Below, piece after piece: positions 29,394 through 43,710 of a DNA stretch of 64,000 nt. The stretch comes from Octopus vulgaris. Lineage: Eukaryota. A program made the position numbers and the translations under genes. Position 1 is the stretch's first letter. Every line of letters starts with the position of its first letter. The notes beneath the pieces are model-generated. The model had not been told where the DNA came from and did no database searches. It worked only from the letters and a program-made list of their open reading frames with translations. The DNA is taken from the NCBI GenBank assembly GCA_951406725.2, contig OX597815.1, positions 94,178,001 to 94,242,000 on the forward strand, given 5' to 3'.

Positions 29394-30308
29394 ACACACA
29401 TACATACACGCATAAGCAGCTGCACACACATTTATATGCAGAAGTTTTGGCTTCAAATTATATGAAAGGAATATTAACACGTCTTCGTATATTGGCAACT
29501 TATTTTTACTAACGTTTATATTTCAGAAAACACACACCCACTCACGTATATACAAACAAAAGCACACACAATTGCAGTTACATATTCTGTAATAAGATAC
29601 ATATGAACTCTACAGGATACATCATAATTAGTCTTAGCGAAATATTTTTCACCAAAAGTTTTCAGCAAATACTCATACAAATTATGAATTATTTGTGGCT
29701 TCGATAGAATTCTATAAAGTAAAAGTATAGATGCAAAATATGAAGTTTTATTTCACTATACAAATGCAATATATTTGATTTTACTTCGTATAAAGGTTTG
29801 GGCTTCAGGAAGTTCTGTTTCGAAAACCGTATCTCTGATCAGAACAGAAAAATGTGGTGAAGAACAGGCGCGTTTATAACTAATTCGTTGAAAATGTCAA
29901 GTAAGGAAAAGCTATCTGAAAGTGTTCAACATGGTGTTTATTTCCCTATGGTAAGAAAGCATTTTCGAACTTCGTAAGATATAGCCTTAGCGAGGTATTT
30001 TTTAACAAATGCTCTCAACAAATATCATATAAACTGTGATGCGTTTGGGTTTATGACGTTAGTACATGTGTGAAAGACGGTAAAAAAAAATGACAATAAC
30101 AGGATACATAGGAAATATGTGTGATTTCACTTCGTAGCAAGTATTTCGCTCGAAAGTTCTATTTGAAGTACTGCATCTCTCTTCAAGAAGTGCAAAAAGA
30201 CAGAAATCTTTTTGTAATCCACATTCACAATTGGTTAAATATAAACTGTCCGGAAGGGGCAAATGTGTATTCCCAGCTAGAAAGATATGTATGTGTATGT
30301 ATGTATGC

Positions 30309-30339
<31 letters not shown>

Positions 30340-31509
30340 TGTATGTATGTATGTATGTATGTATGTATGTATGTATGTATGTGTGTGTACCAAACTGGAT
30401 ATAAATGCAGGCGTGTCTGTGTGTGTGTGTATATATTATATCTATCCTCATATGTACATGCATACATACACACATATGCTCACATACATACATGCATACA
30501 TACACACACACACATATATATATATATATACATATATACATACACACACACACACACACATATATATACATACATATATATAACTTCTAAATTGGAGTGA
30601 GACAGCATGTTCTTTGTCTATCTCCTTAACTTCTTGGAGATTTTAGGTATAATTATACTAATGTGTCCATCTGTTCTAATTTAATTAAATTCTCTGTCTT
30701 TGTGCAGCTGAAGATTGCTCTGGATTTTGCACCCGCAGACAAAGAGAAATATATATATGGAAATAAAAGAGCAGGAAAAAAAAGAGAAGCGTATTGTTAA
30801 TTCACGTAGACTGTGACTGAGAAAGCCTATTCTGTTAGAGAAGTGTTGAAAAACCTTTGCATGCTTAATATAATAAACGAAATAGCACATGTACACATAA
30901 ACATAGACATAAACACACATACATAGTTTTATAATCATACATATATATATATAAACACACATACATAAACGCATACATACACACATATATAAATGTACAT
31001 TCTCTCTTACTTTTTTATTAGCTTCAGCTCATGAGCCGTGGCATGTTATACATAAATACATGCATGTATATACATAAATACATTTATACACACATATGTA
31101 TGCGCATACAAATTGTAAACAAGGTTACAATCATACGTTTATTAAATATATTTCAGCCTTTTTGCGAAAATCGACTCCGGGTAAAACAAAAGGCTCTCAG
31201 CAGACAGAAAATATAAGACGAATAATTTAATTGATTAGGTTTGGCTATGATTAAATCCATCACTGGGATTCGATTGCATTTCTTTGTATGCTGAGAGAAT
31301 ATAGTGATCAATACCATAGAAATAATCTAAGCATGGTCAGGTTTGGTTCGACCTTATTTACAATATATTTATCAAATAGATGTACACAAGCCTATACACA
31401 ACACACATACATGCATACATACATACGTACACACAAATATACATACAAACATATTTAGATACACGAATACATGCATGCATTCTATTCATGCATATATATG
31501 TGTATATGC

Positions 31510-31540
<31 letters not shown>

Positions 31541-31663
31541 CATGCATATACATCCATATGAATATACTTATGTATATACATATGTATATGTATATACATC
31601 CATATAAATACATGTACATACACACACACACATACATACATGACAATTACAGGTATATCATAT

Positions 31664-31870
31664 ATTCTTTTCTACTCTAGGTACAAGGCCCGAAATTTTT
31701 GGGGAGGGGGGCAGTCGATTAGATCGACCCTAGTACGCAACTGGTACTTAATTTATCGACCCAAACGGACGAAATGCAAAGTCGACCTCGTCGGAATTTG
31801 AACTCAGAACTTAAAATCAGACGAAATACCGCTAAGCATTTCGCCCGGCGCGCTAACGTTTCTGCTAGCT
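31664..31870 (-). mobile_element. tRNA-derived SINE (OR-like, tail type 2)
   Basis: Closely similar to 53136-53348. Confidence 0.8.
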
Positions 31871-32114
31871 TAGGTATATCATATATTATACAATATAAAC
31901 TCATGATGTATTAAAATTATATCTGCCTCTAGAAGATGTATCATAGTTACCAAATTGGGACCAGCTCCATATGAGAAGGAGAGATAATCTCAAGAATCAA
32001 GATTTCTTCAAAGTTGACATACCACTAAGGAGAAGGACACACTTATTTTCTAGAGATAAGAGGACAGCAGTAGACGCGTGTTTCTGTTTCATGTTTGTAT
32101 GCGTCATGTTTGTA

Positions 32115-32413
32115 TACTCTTTTACTCTTTTACTTGTTTCAGTCATTTGACTGTGGCCATGTTGGAGCACCACCTTTAGTCGAGCACATCGACCCCAGGA
32201 CTTATTCTTTGTAAGCCTAGTATTTATTCCATCGGTCTCATATGCCGAACCGCTAAGTTACCGGGACGTAAACATACCACCATCGGTTGTCAAACGATGT
32301 TGGGGGGGGGGGAAACACAGACACACAAACATATATACACACACATACATACATACATACATACATACATACATACATACATACATACATACATACATAC
32401 GTACATACGTACG

Positions 32414-32447
<34 letters not shown>

Positions 32448-32631
32448 CATATAATATATATACATACGACGGGCTTCTTTCAGTTTTCTTTCTATCAAAT
32501 CCACTCACAAGACTTTGGTTGGCCCGAGGCTATAGTAGAAGGCGATTGCCCAAGGTGCCATGCAATGGGACTGAACCCGGAACCATGTAGTTTGTAAGCA
32601 AGCTACTTACCACACAGCCACTCCTACGCCT
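32115..32631 (-). mobile_element. tRNA-derived SINE with internal (CATA)n
   Basis: Full head on the - strand (ggcgtaggagtggctgtgtggtaag...ggttcagtccc), CORE-like accttgggcaa segment, tail shared with 14324. Confidence 0.8.
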
Positions 32632-33244
32632 GTATGCATATATATATATATATCGCAGAATTCCCTGTTGTAGACAACAGATGAGGGGTTTTCAATTTCG
32701 TGCTGAACAACTTGTACAAATTGTTTGTTTGTAATGATTAAATGTTTGTGCTGCACAACAGCTCACTTCCTTCATCAAATCGACATTGCCTGTACAGGTG
32801 TACGGTGTGTCACACATCCGATGTCGAAGTTTATGTCTATGTGTTAGGCATATTCTACCAAGAACTTCGCGTTGAGAAAAATAGTAGAATGAAGATATTC
32901 AGTCCTCCTCTATATTCAACTAATTTGTTTTCAACTGTATATATAAAGCATTATTTTGAAATATTCTGCATGTTTCAATTAAAGGGGATCTGTTTCAAAT
33001 TAAGAAATTTTTAAAATCTCAGAAGAAAGAAAAAAAAAATCAATTGTTTTACAATATCGGGCGTGAAATTACTTCGCGGACAAACATTTTGATTCTGCAA
33101 GTCCAATCAGTAATCAGGTAAAAGTAGACACACAATTCACAGAGACAGGCTATGTGTTCCATGTATAACTTAAAATCTTATTTTTAATCTCTATTTAAAT
33201 ATATATATATATATATATATATTATAACTTCCCTTATATAATAG

Positions 33245-33974
33245 CGAAAAATGCATTAAAATGGAATAAAAAATTATGGTAAATTTTTTTTTTAATCGTA
33301 GACTCATCGTAGACGCGCGCTAATACCCAGAAGGGCTCGATATGAATCACGACTATAAGATACCCGGTTTTGGTTACACTGCACCGCAAAATGTGGGAGT
33401 AGTTAGGAATCTAAATCGTAGGAGACAGACACACAACTTCACTTTTATATATAAAGATTTGTGCAACAACTAAAACATTCGGTTGTGCAAATTGTTTGCA
33501 CAGGAAACCTGCCCTGTGTGGCGGTAATTGCCGTTTTTGTGGATCTGTTTCAGCTTTTTTAGTGATTTCTGTTTTGGCGACTTCAAGCCATGAAGTCGTT
33601 GTTCTAAAAGAACGCTGGTCTTCTTGACAACGCATTACGACGTTGATTTCCTTACACTCCCTTCCCCACAGCTTCACGACGGAGGGAAGAAGGGGGAGAA
33701 GCAACACAGGTGCAGGTGTGAGCGTGGACGCCAACTCCGCCGCCATCGACACACGAAAAAATATGCATTAAAATGGAATAAAAAATGATGTTAAATTATT
33801 TTTAAAATCGTAGACTCATCGTAGACGCGCGCTAATACCCAGACGGGCTCGATATGAATCACGACTATAAGATACCCGAATTTGGTTAAACTGCACCGCA
33901 AAATGTGGGAGTAGTTAGGAATCTAAATCGAAGGGGACAGACACTCACACAACTACAGTTTTATATATATAGAT
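33245..33974 (+). mobile_element. Tandem non-autonomous Helitron/HINE-like units (about 210-bp direct repeat)
   Basis: 33245-33458 and 33755-33974 are near-identical and both end ...ttttatatata(t)agat. The 3' end resembles that of 39163-39535. Confidence 0.5.
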
Positions 33975-34058
33975 ATACCCTCTCACCTCTGCCACTAGCT
34001 GGCGTATACAGGCGCTTACACTTATCAAGTATTCACCCTAAATTTGCAGTATATATAT

Positions 34059-34097
<39 letters not shown>

Positions 34098-34375
34098 ATG
34101 CGTGTGTGTGTGCGTGTGCGCGCGCGCGCGTTTGTGTGTGTGCGTGTGTGTGTGTGTAATTGTAAGATACAAGGATCTAGGAGGAGGAAGTTAGTAAACT
34201 TCCAGCAGTCTGTAGTAGGTATAAAGAAAAAGACACTTTTAGGAACAATAATAATTTATTATCGTACTAGATCGTATGTTTTCCCATATAGAAGTTCGAT
34301 AAGCTGAAAAAAAGTTATTTTACTGTTCACGGTTAACATCTAGGCTTGCTATAAATGCGAATACGTCCACGGGCA

Positions 34376-34434
<59 letters not shown>

Positions 34435-35192
34435 TATGTTTGTGTGCGTGCGCGCGCGCGAGAGAGAGAGCGCGGTGTCTGTACATACTTAGACGCGCGC
34501 GCGCACACACACGCACATATACATGCACATACATTGCATACATTGCATACATATAACTAGAGATGAGGTGCGAATCCTATGTGTAGAGCTGTTTATTTCT
34601 TTTTGTCTCAAATTGTGTTATCGCTAATTTGTTTTATAGACACGTGTAGTTTAGAAACAACTAAAATTTACGATCTTCCCTTTATAACAGTTCGGTGATT
34701 ACACAACTCAACAACAGAAAAACACCCTTCATGACCAAATACCAACCACATTTAAATACTTGTGGTAGAGAAAAGGAGATAACTACCATCTACCACATCA
34801 ACTACTGCTACAAGTTAGGCTCAGAAAACGACGATAACAGCCACTGACATTCCTGCTATGGCTACTATTGACAGTCACTCTTGATGCGGCTTCTTCTACT
34901 AAACACAGCTAACGATCAAATGGAATCAAAACACCAGCACCGGGCAGTTGCCCATAAGTAAGAAAAAAAGCACACTCTAAAAGAAGTTTTGGGCAGTTAT
35001 ACTTTTATGTAGTCGAGAAGTACATCTGTGATTATGACTTTCCACCACCAAACTGACAATGATTATATATTTACCCACCCCAATAAAGAGGCTACGTAAT
35101 TCCAGCCCGCAGATTTGATAAGTCGTCTATATAGCCAAGTGAAATAGGAGACGCGAAACCAATGGTAAACTTTTGTCCGGTTATATACCATA

Positions 35193-35800
35193 CGAGGGAC
35201 GTTCAATAAGTAATGCCTCTGACTCACTTGCAGTTGTTTGATCTAGCTGAAATTTTGCATGTGCAATCATTTATATCTCTATAGAGTAAGTAGCAAATTA
35301 CAGCTTTGAATTAATTGTGGTTTCTGATTTACAGGTGTTTGAACCGAGTCAAGTGTGAAATGGAGCCTGTTGAGTGTCGAGCAGTGATCCAGTTTTTGTA
35401 TTTGAAAGGACGCACACCACGGGAGACTTTTGATGAAATGAAAGTAACTTATGGTAATGATGCCCCATCATATGACCTTGTAAAACGCTGGCATCGTGAA
35501 TTCAAACATGGTCGGAACTCTGTGGAAACAGCTCCCAGATCTGGTCGCCCCCTTCTGCCATTGATGAGGCATCTGTCCGTCAAGTTGAGGCTGCCATTTT
35601 GGAAGATCGACGCATAATTATTCGCCAAATAGCCCATGAGATCAAGATTAGTACCGGGTCTGTGGAAACTATCATTCATGACCATTTGCATATGCAAAAG
35701 GTGTCTGCCAAATGGATTCCCAGGTTGCTCACGCCTTTCCAGAAGCAAGAACGCGTCGAGTGCTCGAGGGTGAATTTGGAGATGTGCCAAGAAGATGAAT
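35193..35800 (+). mobile_element. Mariner transposon 5' half (pseudogenised)
   Basis: TA|CGAGGG TIR start. MEPVECRAVIQFL..WHREFKHGR..PRSGRP HTH region, a frameshift, then KWIPRLLT (WVPHEL-like). Truncated before the DDD domain. Confidence 0.88.
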
Positions 35801-36534
35801 TTGGGAACAAACTGTTTTAATTTCTAGTTTTTAATTTTCATTTCCTAGTTTTTGACTTTGAATATTTAATATTTGATGAGACGGACATACATATCGAAAT
35901 CGGTATAACAGTGATTTAATGTAACAAATGTAAAAATACTTATCCTGTACGATAAAAAGAAAGTAAAAAGAATCATTAAACATACTTTCTTTTTACTTAT
36001 AATTTATACGTATAATTTTGATTTGTATGAAGTCTTAACCCTTTTTCATATCATCATCATCATCATCATCATCATCATCTATAAAATTAGCAGAGTGAGA
36101 TAAAAAAATCCAAGGCTATGTAAGATTTCAGAACATTTATTAAGAGAAGAGATATTTTTATATAGCCCTTCATCAGAGACGGTGTGAGAAAATGGTTAAG
36201 CAATAGTTATTATAGAGAAGATATGAAATACAGAGTAAAGCGGAGGAAGGGGAACAGACGTGAGATATATATGGATATTGTATGGACTCCTCGTTGGACT
36301 TCTCATTCGTGTAATCATTGAACCTGGGAGCTTAACTATAGTCTGTCCATAGCACTTACTCAGCATCACCTGACACTTTTGGGACTTCTTGAAACCTTTA
36401 CCCCTCATAACCTCGATATATACATGGGTTTGCTGATGCGATCAAGGAAAATAGAACCAAAAGCACGAATATGAATATAACAGAGTGACTTAAGGGCCTA
36501 GAGTTTCGTGCTTTAGCACTTATCAAACTGAATA

Positions 36535-36595
<61 letters not shown>

Positions 36596-36612
36596 GTCTG
36601 TCTGTCTGTCTT

Positions 36613-36709
<97 letters not shown>

Positions 36710-38014
36710 ACTTATACACGTACACATATGCGCATTCGCACATACACGCACTGGTATGCAGCGATAGTTATAAAAATTGCTGTTTGATAGTTAGGTCGAT
36801 AGGCAGAGAAGGTGGTGAAGATAGTGCTGAGGCAAAAAGAGATATACAGTAGTCAGTCAGTCAGTCAGTCAGTCAGATAAAGAGACATCCAGACAGAGGG
36901 ACAGACTGTAAAAATGAGGGAGAGAGTGGATGAGGTTGTGAGAGAGCAGAGGGGGGAGAAAGAGAGAGAGAGAGGGAGAAAGAGGGGGAAAGAAAAAGAG
37001 AGAGAGAAAGTGAGTGGAGACGTGCGTGAGTGTATGTGTGTGTAAATTTAAGTACGAATGTATAAGTATGTGTAAATATGCATACATGGTGCGAGTGTAT
37101 GCGTACGTATTTATGCACGAGGACATGTTTGTGTGTGCAAATGTACTTTGTTCAGTAGTATACAGTTATTGTGTGAATGTGTATGTGCAAACTAATGCGT
37201 GTGAAAGTGGGTAAACATTTACGACTGTGCGTGTATGCGTGTATGCGTGTATGTAGATATGTTTGTGTATGAGTATGTGTATTCTGCTATATACGATTGT
37301 GTGTGTGTGTATGAGAGCTTTTGAGTACGTATGCACGTAAATATGCATGGATGCGTAAGTGTGTCTTTGTGACTATAAATATGATTATGCATGTGTGTAT
37401 ATGTGTATGAATGTGTGTATGTATAATTATGTATGTATGTATGTGTGTATATGTAAAATTTATATGTATGTATGTGTGTATGTATGTATGTATGTATGTA
37501 TGTATGTATGTATGTATGTATGTGTGTATGTATGTGTGTATGTATGTGTGTATGTATGTGTGTATGTGCAAAATTTATATGTATGTGTATTTATATGTAT
37601 AATTATGTGTGTATGTATGTGTGTATGTGTGTGTGTATGTATGTATGTATGTGTGTGTGTATGTATGTGTGTATTTATGTGTGTATGTGTGTATGTGTGT
37701 ATGTATGTGTGTATGTATAATTATGCATGTGTGTATGTATAAATATGATTATGCATGTGTGTATGTATGTGTGTGTGTGTGGGCATGTATGTGTTTATGT
37801 GAATGTGTATTTTGACATTAATTAGTCAGGAGAGGATGATGTTGAGGAGGAGGAGCAGACAAAACCTCCCACAACTTTTATGAGCTTGAGGAGATCGATG
37901 AGGTTAAATGCGTTGCGAATGTGGGTGAACATGAACGTGTTTGTGTGGAACAGTGAGGGAAGGGATACGTGAAGGACGAAGAAGAAAGAAAGAAGGATAG
38001 ATAGGTAGGTAGAT

Positions 38015-38069
<55 letters not shown>

Positions 38070-39024
38070 GTGAGTAAAACTATGCATGGATTGGATAGGA
38101 AGGAGAGAACAGAGAGGGTAAAACTGATGAGGCTGAAAGTGAAATAGCTATCAACAAATAGAGAGAGAGAAGTGGGAAAAGGTATTTTAAGACTCAGAGA
38201 GAGAAAGAGAGAGGGAGAGAGGGAGGGAGAGAGAGAGGAGAGGGAGGGAGAGAGAAGAGAGAGAGAGTCAGAGAGAGGGTGAGAGAGGAAATTCCATTTA
38301 GAAAAGGATATTAAATAGTAGGGCTCTGTTAAAGAGATAGATAGAGAGAGAGAGAGAGAGAGGCAGGAGAGAGCGACGAGGAGAGAGCGATGGTGAGAGG
38401 GGAAACTTCAAGTAGAAAAGGATATTGAGAAGTAGGTCTGCGTGTGTGTGTATGTGTGTGTGTTAGAGAGAAAGAGAGAAAGAGAGAGAGTGAAAACATT
38501 TAAAACATGAAAGAAAAATGATTGATAGATAAAGCGGTAGCTACATGGATAAATAGGTGGACAGATAATTAGTAGATAGATGGATAGCTATATAGACAAA
38601 TAGATGATAAATAGTTAGATGGAAAGATAGATAGAAGAATGGATGGAAGGATAGATGAAAGGATAGGTGGAAGGATAGATGGAAGGATAGATGGTAGGTG
38701 GCGAATTGGCCGAGATGTTAGACCGTCGGCTAAATTACTTTGCGGTAATCGTTCCGGATCACTGCGCTGTGTTCAAATAGAGTCTAGGTGAACTTTGACT
38801 TTCATGCCTCTAGGGCTCAATAACTAATGTACCAATCCTATAGTGGGTTGGTGGTATTTGTGGTTTCACGTCTTCTTTTTCTGTCATTCTTTTTTTCTGT
38901 TTGTTCTTTCTGGAAGAAATCAGACTTGGAGAGCAATGGGTTCCACCAGATTCAAAAATGCCCAAGACATGCTGTACGACGGCGTTCCTGTAACTTCATC
39001 AGAAGTTGACAGCCCAAAGACGTA

Positions 39025-39104
39025 CAAGCGTCTTCTACTGTAGCCTCAGGCCGACCAAAGTCTTCTAAGTGGACTTAGTAGACAGAAACTGAGAGAAGCC
39101 CGTC

Positions 39105-39164
<60 letters not shown>

Positions 39165-39528
39165 TTGCAGTACAGCCCGGCGTTGCTCGGGTTTGTTTTC
39201 TTTTCGACCCTTTAGAATTAAGTAAAAATTTTGCATTATGTAGCTTGTTATTATCTTTAAGTGAACATTTTTCTGGTTGAAATACGCCGAAAAATGGCGA
39301 CACAGCAGTCAAAAAATCGTAAAAATAGGAATTTTCATAGAAAAAAAGCACCTTTTTGATGTAAATTATTTTAGGTGTTAACAAGGTCCGATTTGAATTT
39401 TTTCGTTTACGGAATGAAGAGCAAACCTTCTATCATACTCTCAATTTTGGTCAACTTGCACCGCAGGGTTTGGGAAGAGATAGTGTTAGTTGAAGGCTAC
39501 CAAACCTGCCACTCAAAGACAACTTCAG

Positions 39529-39568
<40 letters not shown>

Positions 39569-39725
39569 AGAGACAGAGAGAGTGAAAGAGTGAGAGAAGA
39601 GAGAGGGAAGTGAGGGAGAAAATTTGAAATATAAAAGAAAAATAAACTATTGATAGATTGATTGACAGATGAAAGTATAGATGGAAATAGAATATATGTA
39701 TATATATGTGTATATATGTGTGTGT

Positions 39726-39803
<78 letters not shown>

Positions 39804-40008
39804 GTTCTCTCCCACCATCGCTTGACAACCGATGGTGGTGCGTTTATGTCTCCATAAATTAGCGTTTCGGCAAAAGCGACCGATAGAATAAGTACTAGGC
39901 TTACAAAAAATAAGTCCTGGGATCAATTTCTTCAGCTAAAACCCTTTAATATGGTGGTCCAGCATGGCCGCAGTCAAATGACTGAAACAAATAAAAAAAT
40001 AAAAGAAT
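39025..40008 (+). mobile_element. SINE (14324 family) interrupted by a Helitron/HINE-like insert at about 39163-39535
   Basis: Core at 39025-39105 and tail at 39830-40008. The insert starts tacttgcagtacagcccggcgttgctcggg (hairpin) inside the (TA)n. Confidence 0.65.
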
Positions 40009-40019
40009 GTATATATACA

Positions 40020-40195
40020 GTTCTATATTTAAGAGATGAGGAATTATGTACATTATTTACATTTGACATCTTGTTTAACACAACGTTTCGGTTGATATAC
40101 TCTCCAGCCTTCATCTGGTGTCTTGGGGAAATTTCGAACCTGGGTTCTCATTCCAAAGGTATTTCTCGATGTTGTTGTTGTTGCTGTTGTTGTTG

Positions 40196-40281
<86 letters not shown>

Positions 40282-40361
40282 TTTCAGGTCACTGCTTGGA
40301 ATCGAACTTGGGTTTAGTAGCCCGCGCTCTTAACCACAACGCCACTACGTCCACGGGCAAA

Positions 40362-40426
<65 letters not shown>

Positions 40427-40616
40427 ATAATAATAATAATAATATATTGTTAATGTTCTGTAGTAAAAATACCATCGAAAAATACCTTAGGAATGAGAAC
40501 CCAGGTTCGAAATTTTCCCCAAGACACCTGATGAAGCCTGGAGAGTATATCAGCCGAATCGTTGTGCTAACAACAAACAAGATGAAGACAAATATCTGCC
40601 AAATGTAAATAATGTA
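40020..40616. mobile_element. Palindromic tRNA-head/hammerhead-tail element, copy A
   Basis: Inverted tails 40020-40171 and 40473-40616, each with a hammerhead core carrying one point lesion. tRNA-like head at 40283-40360 (-). (TTA)n, (TAC)n and (TAA)n spacers. Confidence 0.75.
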
Positions 40617-40815
40617 TGTATACATACGTTTATGAATTTGTGCTGCAAGATTCCATAATTCTTATACAAGAATGTCGTTGACAGTGACTTTGAAGTTGAC
40701 AACTTCGAAGTCACTGTCAGCAACAACCTTGTATAAGAATAATAAATTTGTACTGTATAGAGTAACCCATCAGATTAATGTAAAATTGTTTTTATTATAG
40801 CTGAACATGAATACC

Positions 40816-40859
<44 letters not shown>

Positions 40860-41510
40860 GTTATGTGGAGAAATTGGTCGATGGATAGATAGATAGACAG
40901 ATGTGTGGTTGGGTAGAAATATAGTTATATAAAAGTAGATAGATGATAATATAACTTCATCTACAGAGATGGGTAGATAAATTTATAGCTGTATGATGGG
41001 TACAAATATAGATAGGTGGAAGGGTGGGCAGATAAATAAAGAATTATTGAATGAATGACTTAATCAAGAGATGAAAGAAAGAAAGAAATAATGATAGAAA
41101 AAGAGAGAAGTTGAATGGGATTGACAGAGATATAAAGAGAGGGGTGGGGGCTAAGGAGATTGAATAGAAAGAGAGAAGGTTAGGATAAAATTATTAAGTG
41201 AAGGGAGAGAGACGCATCCTGAAAAAGAATTACGAAAATAACGTGACAAAAAAAGACAAAAACAAAATCGCATTGTGTGTGTGCGCGCATGTTTGTGTGA
41301 GGAAGAGACTAAAAGTGGGGTGGTCAATAAGAGATTGTAAGTGGAGTTGGGTATTGAAGAAAGTTAAAAGGGAAGATAGTGGTGAAGTAATGAAACAGTG
41401 AAGAGTGGAAAAGAGAAAACGTATGAGAGATTAGAGTTTGTAGGAATAGAGAGAGAGGGAGAAGTGAGAGCAGATCGAAAGTGAAAGATAATAAGAGGTT
41501 GAGAGAAAAA

Positions 41511-41547
<37 letters not shown>

Positions 41548-42154
41548 GAGATAGAGAGAGGGAGAGAGAGAAAGAGAGAGAGAGAGATGGTAGGGGGATG
41601 CACCGTTGATGAGCAGATGGGAAGAGAGAGAGAGAGAGAGAGATAGAAGAGTTGTAGAAGTAAACTTGAAAGTACTGAAAAGGATAGGATAGAGGGAGGT
41701 AACTGCGAACGTTTTGTTGTCGGCATTGCTGTTTCCTTTTCTTTTTTCTTTTTACTGTGACGTTTATGTGTGTGTGTGTATGTGTAGATGTGTGTGATTG
41801 TATATGTATGTATGTCTGCTGCCCGCCTCTTTTCTCCCCTCCTTACTTCACTGAAATAACAAACCTTTGCACTCGCTTCACATAACATTTGTCCCAACTG
41901 TGCCCGCTCAGCATATTGCCTGCTGCGTTCAGTGCAAAAAGGACCCCACAAAACACCACCACAACCAAAACAACCGCAGCAAAAGAATACGATACGGACA
42001 TTTATCTTACACGGTCTAACCACCACGTCTTACTGATTGATTGATTCATTTTTTTCTTTATTCCTTTCATTCATTCATTCATTCACTCACTCATTTTTTT
42101 TTTTATCAACGCATCAAGTATTTTTTCCTCCATCAAAACCAAATCGAATCAGCC

Positions 42155-42236
42155 ATGTCGATCGATCTTTTCCGCGGAAAATGGAAGCAGGGCGAAGAAA
42201 TGCCCGAAAATTTTGAGGCCTTTATGGATGCCACAG
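42155..42236 (+). CDS. FABP: FABP/iLBP-family gene, coding exon 1 (MSIDLFRGKWKQGEEMPENFEAFMDAT-G)
   Basis: ATG in gccATGt context. Carries the GxW motif (FRGKW) and ENFEAFM, matching the FABP N-terminal signature (cf. ENFDEYMKALG). Phase-1 GT donor (ag|gtaaaa) at 42237, the usual FABP intron 1 position. Confidence 0.88.
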
Positions 42237-42517
42237 GTAAAAGGGAGCTTTTGGTTTGTTGTTGTTGTTGTTGTCTTAAAACTTTTTTTTTTTTTACTTG
42301 AAATTCTATTTTTCGTCAAGTTCCTTAGTTTTGCTATATTGTTGTTGTTGTGTCTCAGTTCGATCGAACTGAATATGTTGAAAAACATCCCAGACACGGC
42401 AACCCTTTATTATCCTATTTAGTATTAGCGTACTCCGGACAGCACAGACGTTGTTAGCCATGGTGATCTGAGGACGATTTGGCTGCTATTTCGAGCTGCT
42501 CGAATGACCGTTTATTT

Positions 42518-42564
<47 letters not shown>

Positions 42565-42949
42565 GCAAATTGTATTACCCGCTACCCATACTATTTCTTT
42601 CACTGGTTATATTGTGGATGCAACTTTCTTTTTATATCGTTACACACACACACGCGCGCGCACATGCATACAGTTTAAATATATATTTATACGCACACAC
42701 ACATATATTCCTATGTCTGTGCATATATATATCCCTCTCTATCTATTTATGTTCTCTCCCTACCTGTATGTATGTAGTATGTATGTATGTATGTATGTAT
42801 GTATGTATGTATGTATGTATGTATGTATGTATGTTTGCATGCATGCATGTATATAAGTATGTGTGTATGTATTCATGCATGTATGTATGTAGTCACTTAA
42901 TTTCTCTCCGTTACTCTTTGTACATATTCACGCACGTTTGTGCAATTAT

Positions 42950-42981
<32 letters not shown>

Positions 42982-43710
42982 GTATGCGTGCATGTGTGAG
43001 TGTGTGTATTTGTGTGCATGTATGGGAAAAAGCAATTTTTGTAGATAGTTAGTATTGAAAGCCCAACAGTAAAGTTCCTAAATGTGTTATCAACGTTTCT
43101 AGGCATTCACAAAGTTTCTGGTTGGAATGTCTGCACCAGTCATATTGGCTCCGCTTACTGTAAAGTGTTAATAACACATTCCAGTATCCCTTCATCCTGA
43201 AGATATAACTGTAAAGGCAGAGAAATGTTGGAGTAACTGTGAGGTTTACTGCTTCAAATAAGGGGCTCACATCAAAATATGGGGGAAAAACTCCCAATAA
43301 AAAAAAATCTAAAACTAGAACTCAATCATATATTCAATATGTTTTTAGAACATAAAAATATGTGTAAGACTTGAGTATTCTTAACGCAACACACACCCAA
43401 CACGCATACACACACATTCTTATGATACATTAGTAGTGGTCTTCACCAATTGGCGGGTGACAGTAAGTGACATGTTTCAATCTCATTAGATCTCATTAGC
43501 AAAGCTTATTCAGCTCAGCTATCATAGACTTAGAAGTGATCATGTGCGTATTGATGTAGAGGGAAAGTAGCGATGCCAATTATGAATATCAACATGAGGG
43601 GTGAACAAAAATTAAAACCATCCTGTATGTATGTATGTATGTATGTATGTATGTATGTATGTATGTATGTATGTATGTATGTATGTATGTATGTATGTAT
43701 GTATGTATGT

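Noticed and set aside
41925-41935. TCAGT initiator-like motif upstream of FABP
   Set aside because: Too short to call a promoter without 5'-end data.
41364-42026. 220-aa minus-strand ORF
   Set aside because: Runs through (GA)n and (TG)n repeats and the probable FABP promoter/5'UTR, with no domain signal.
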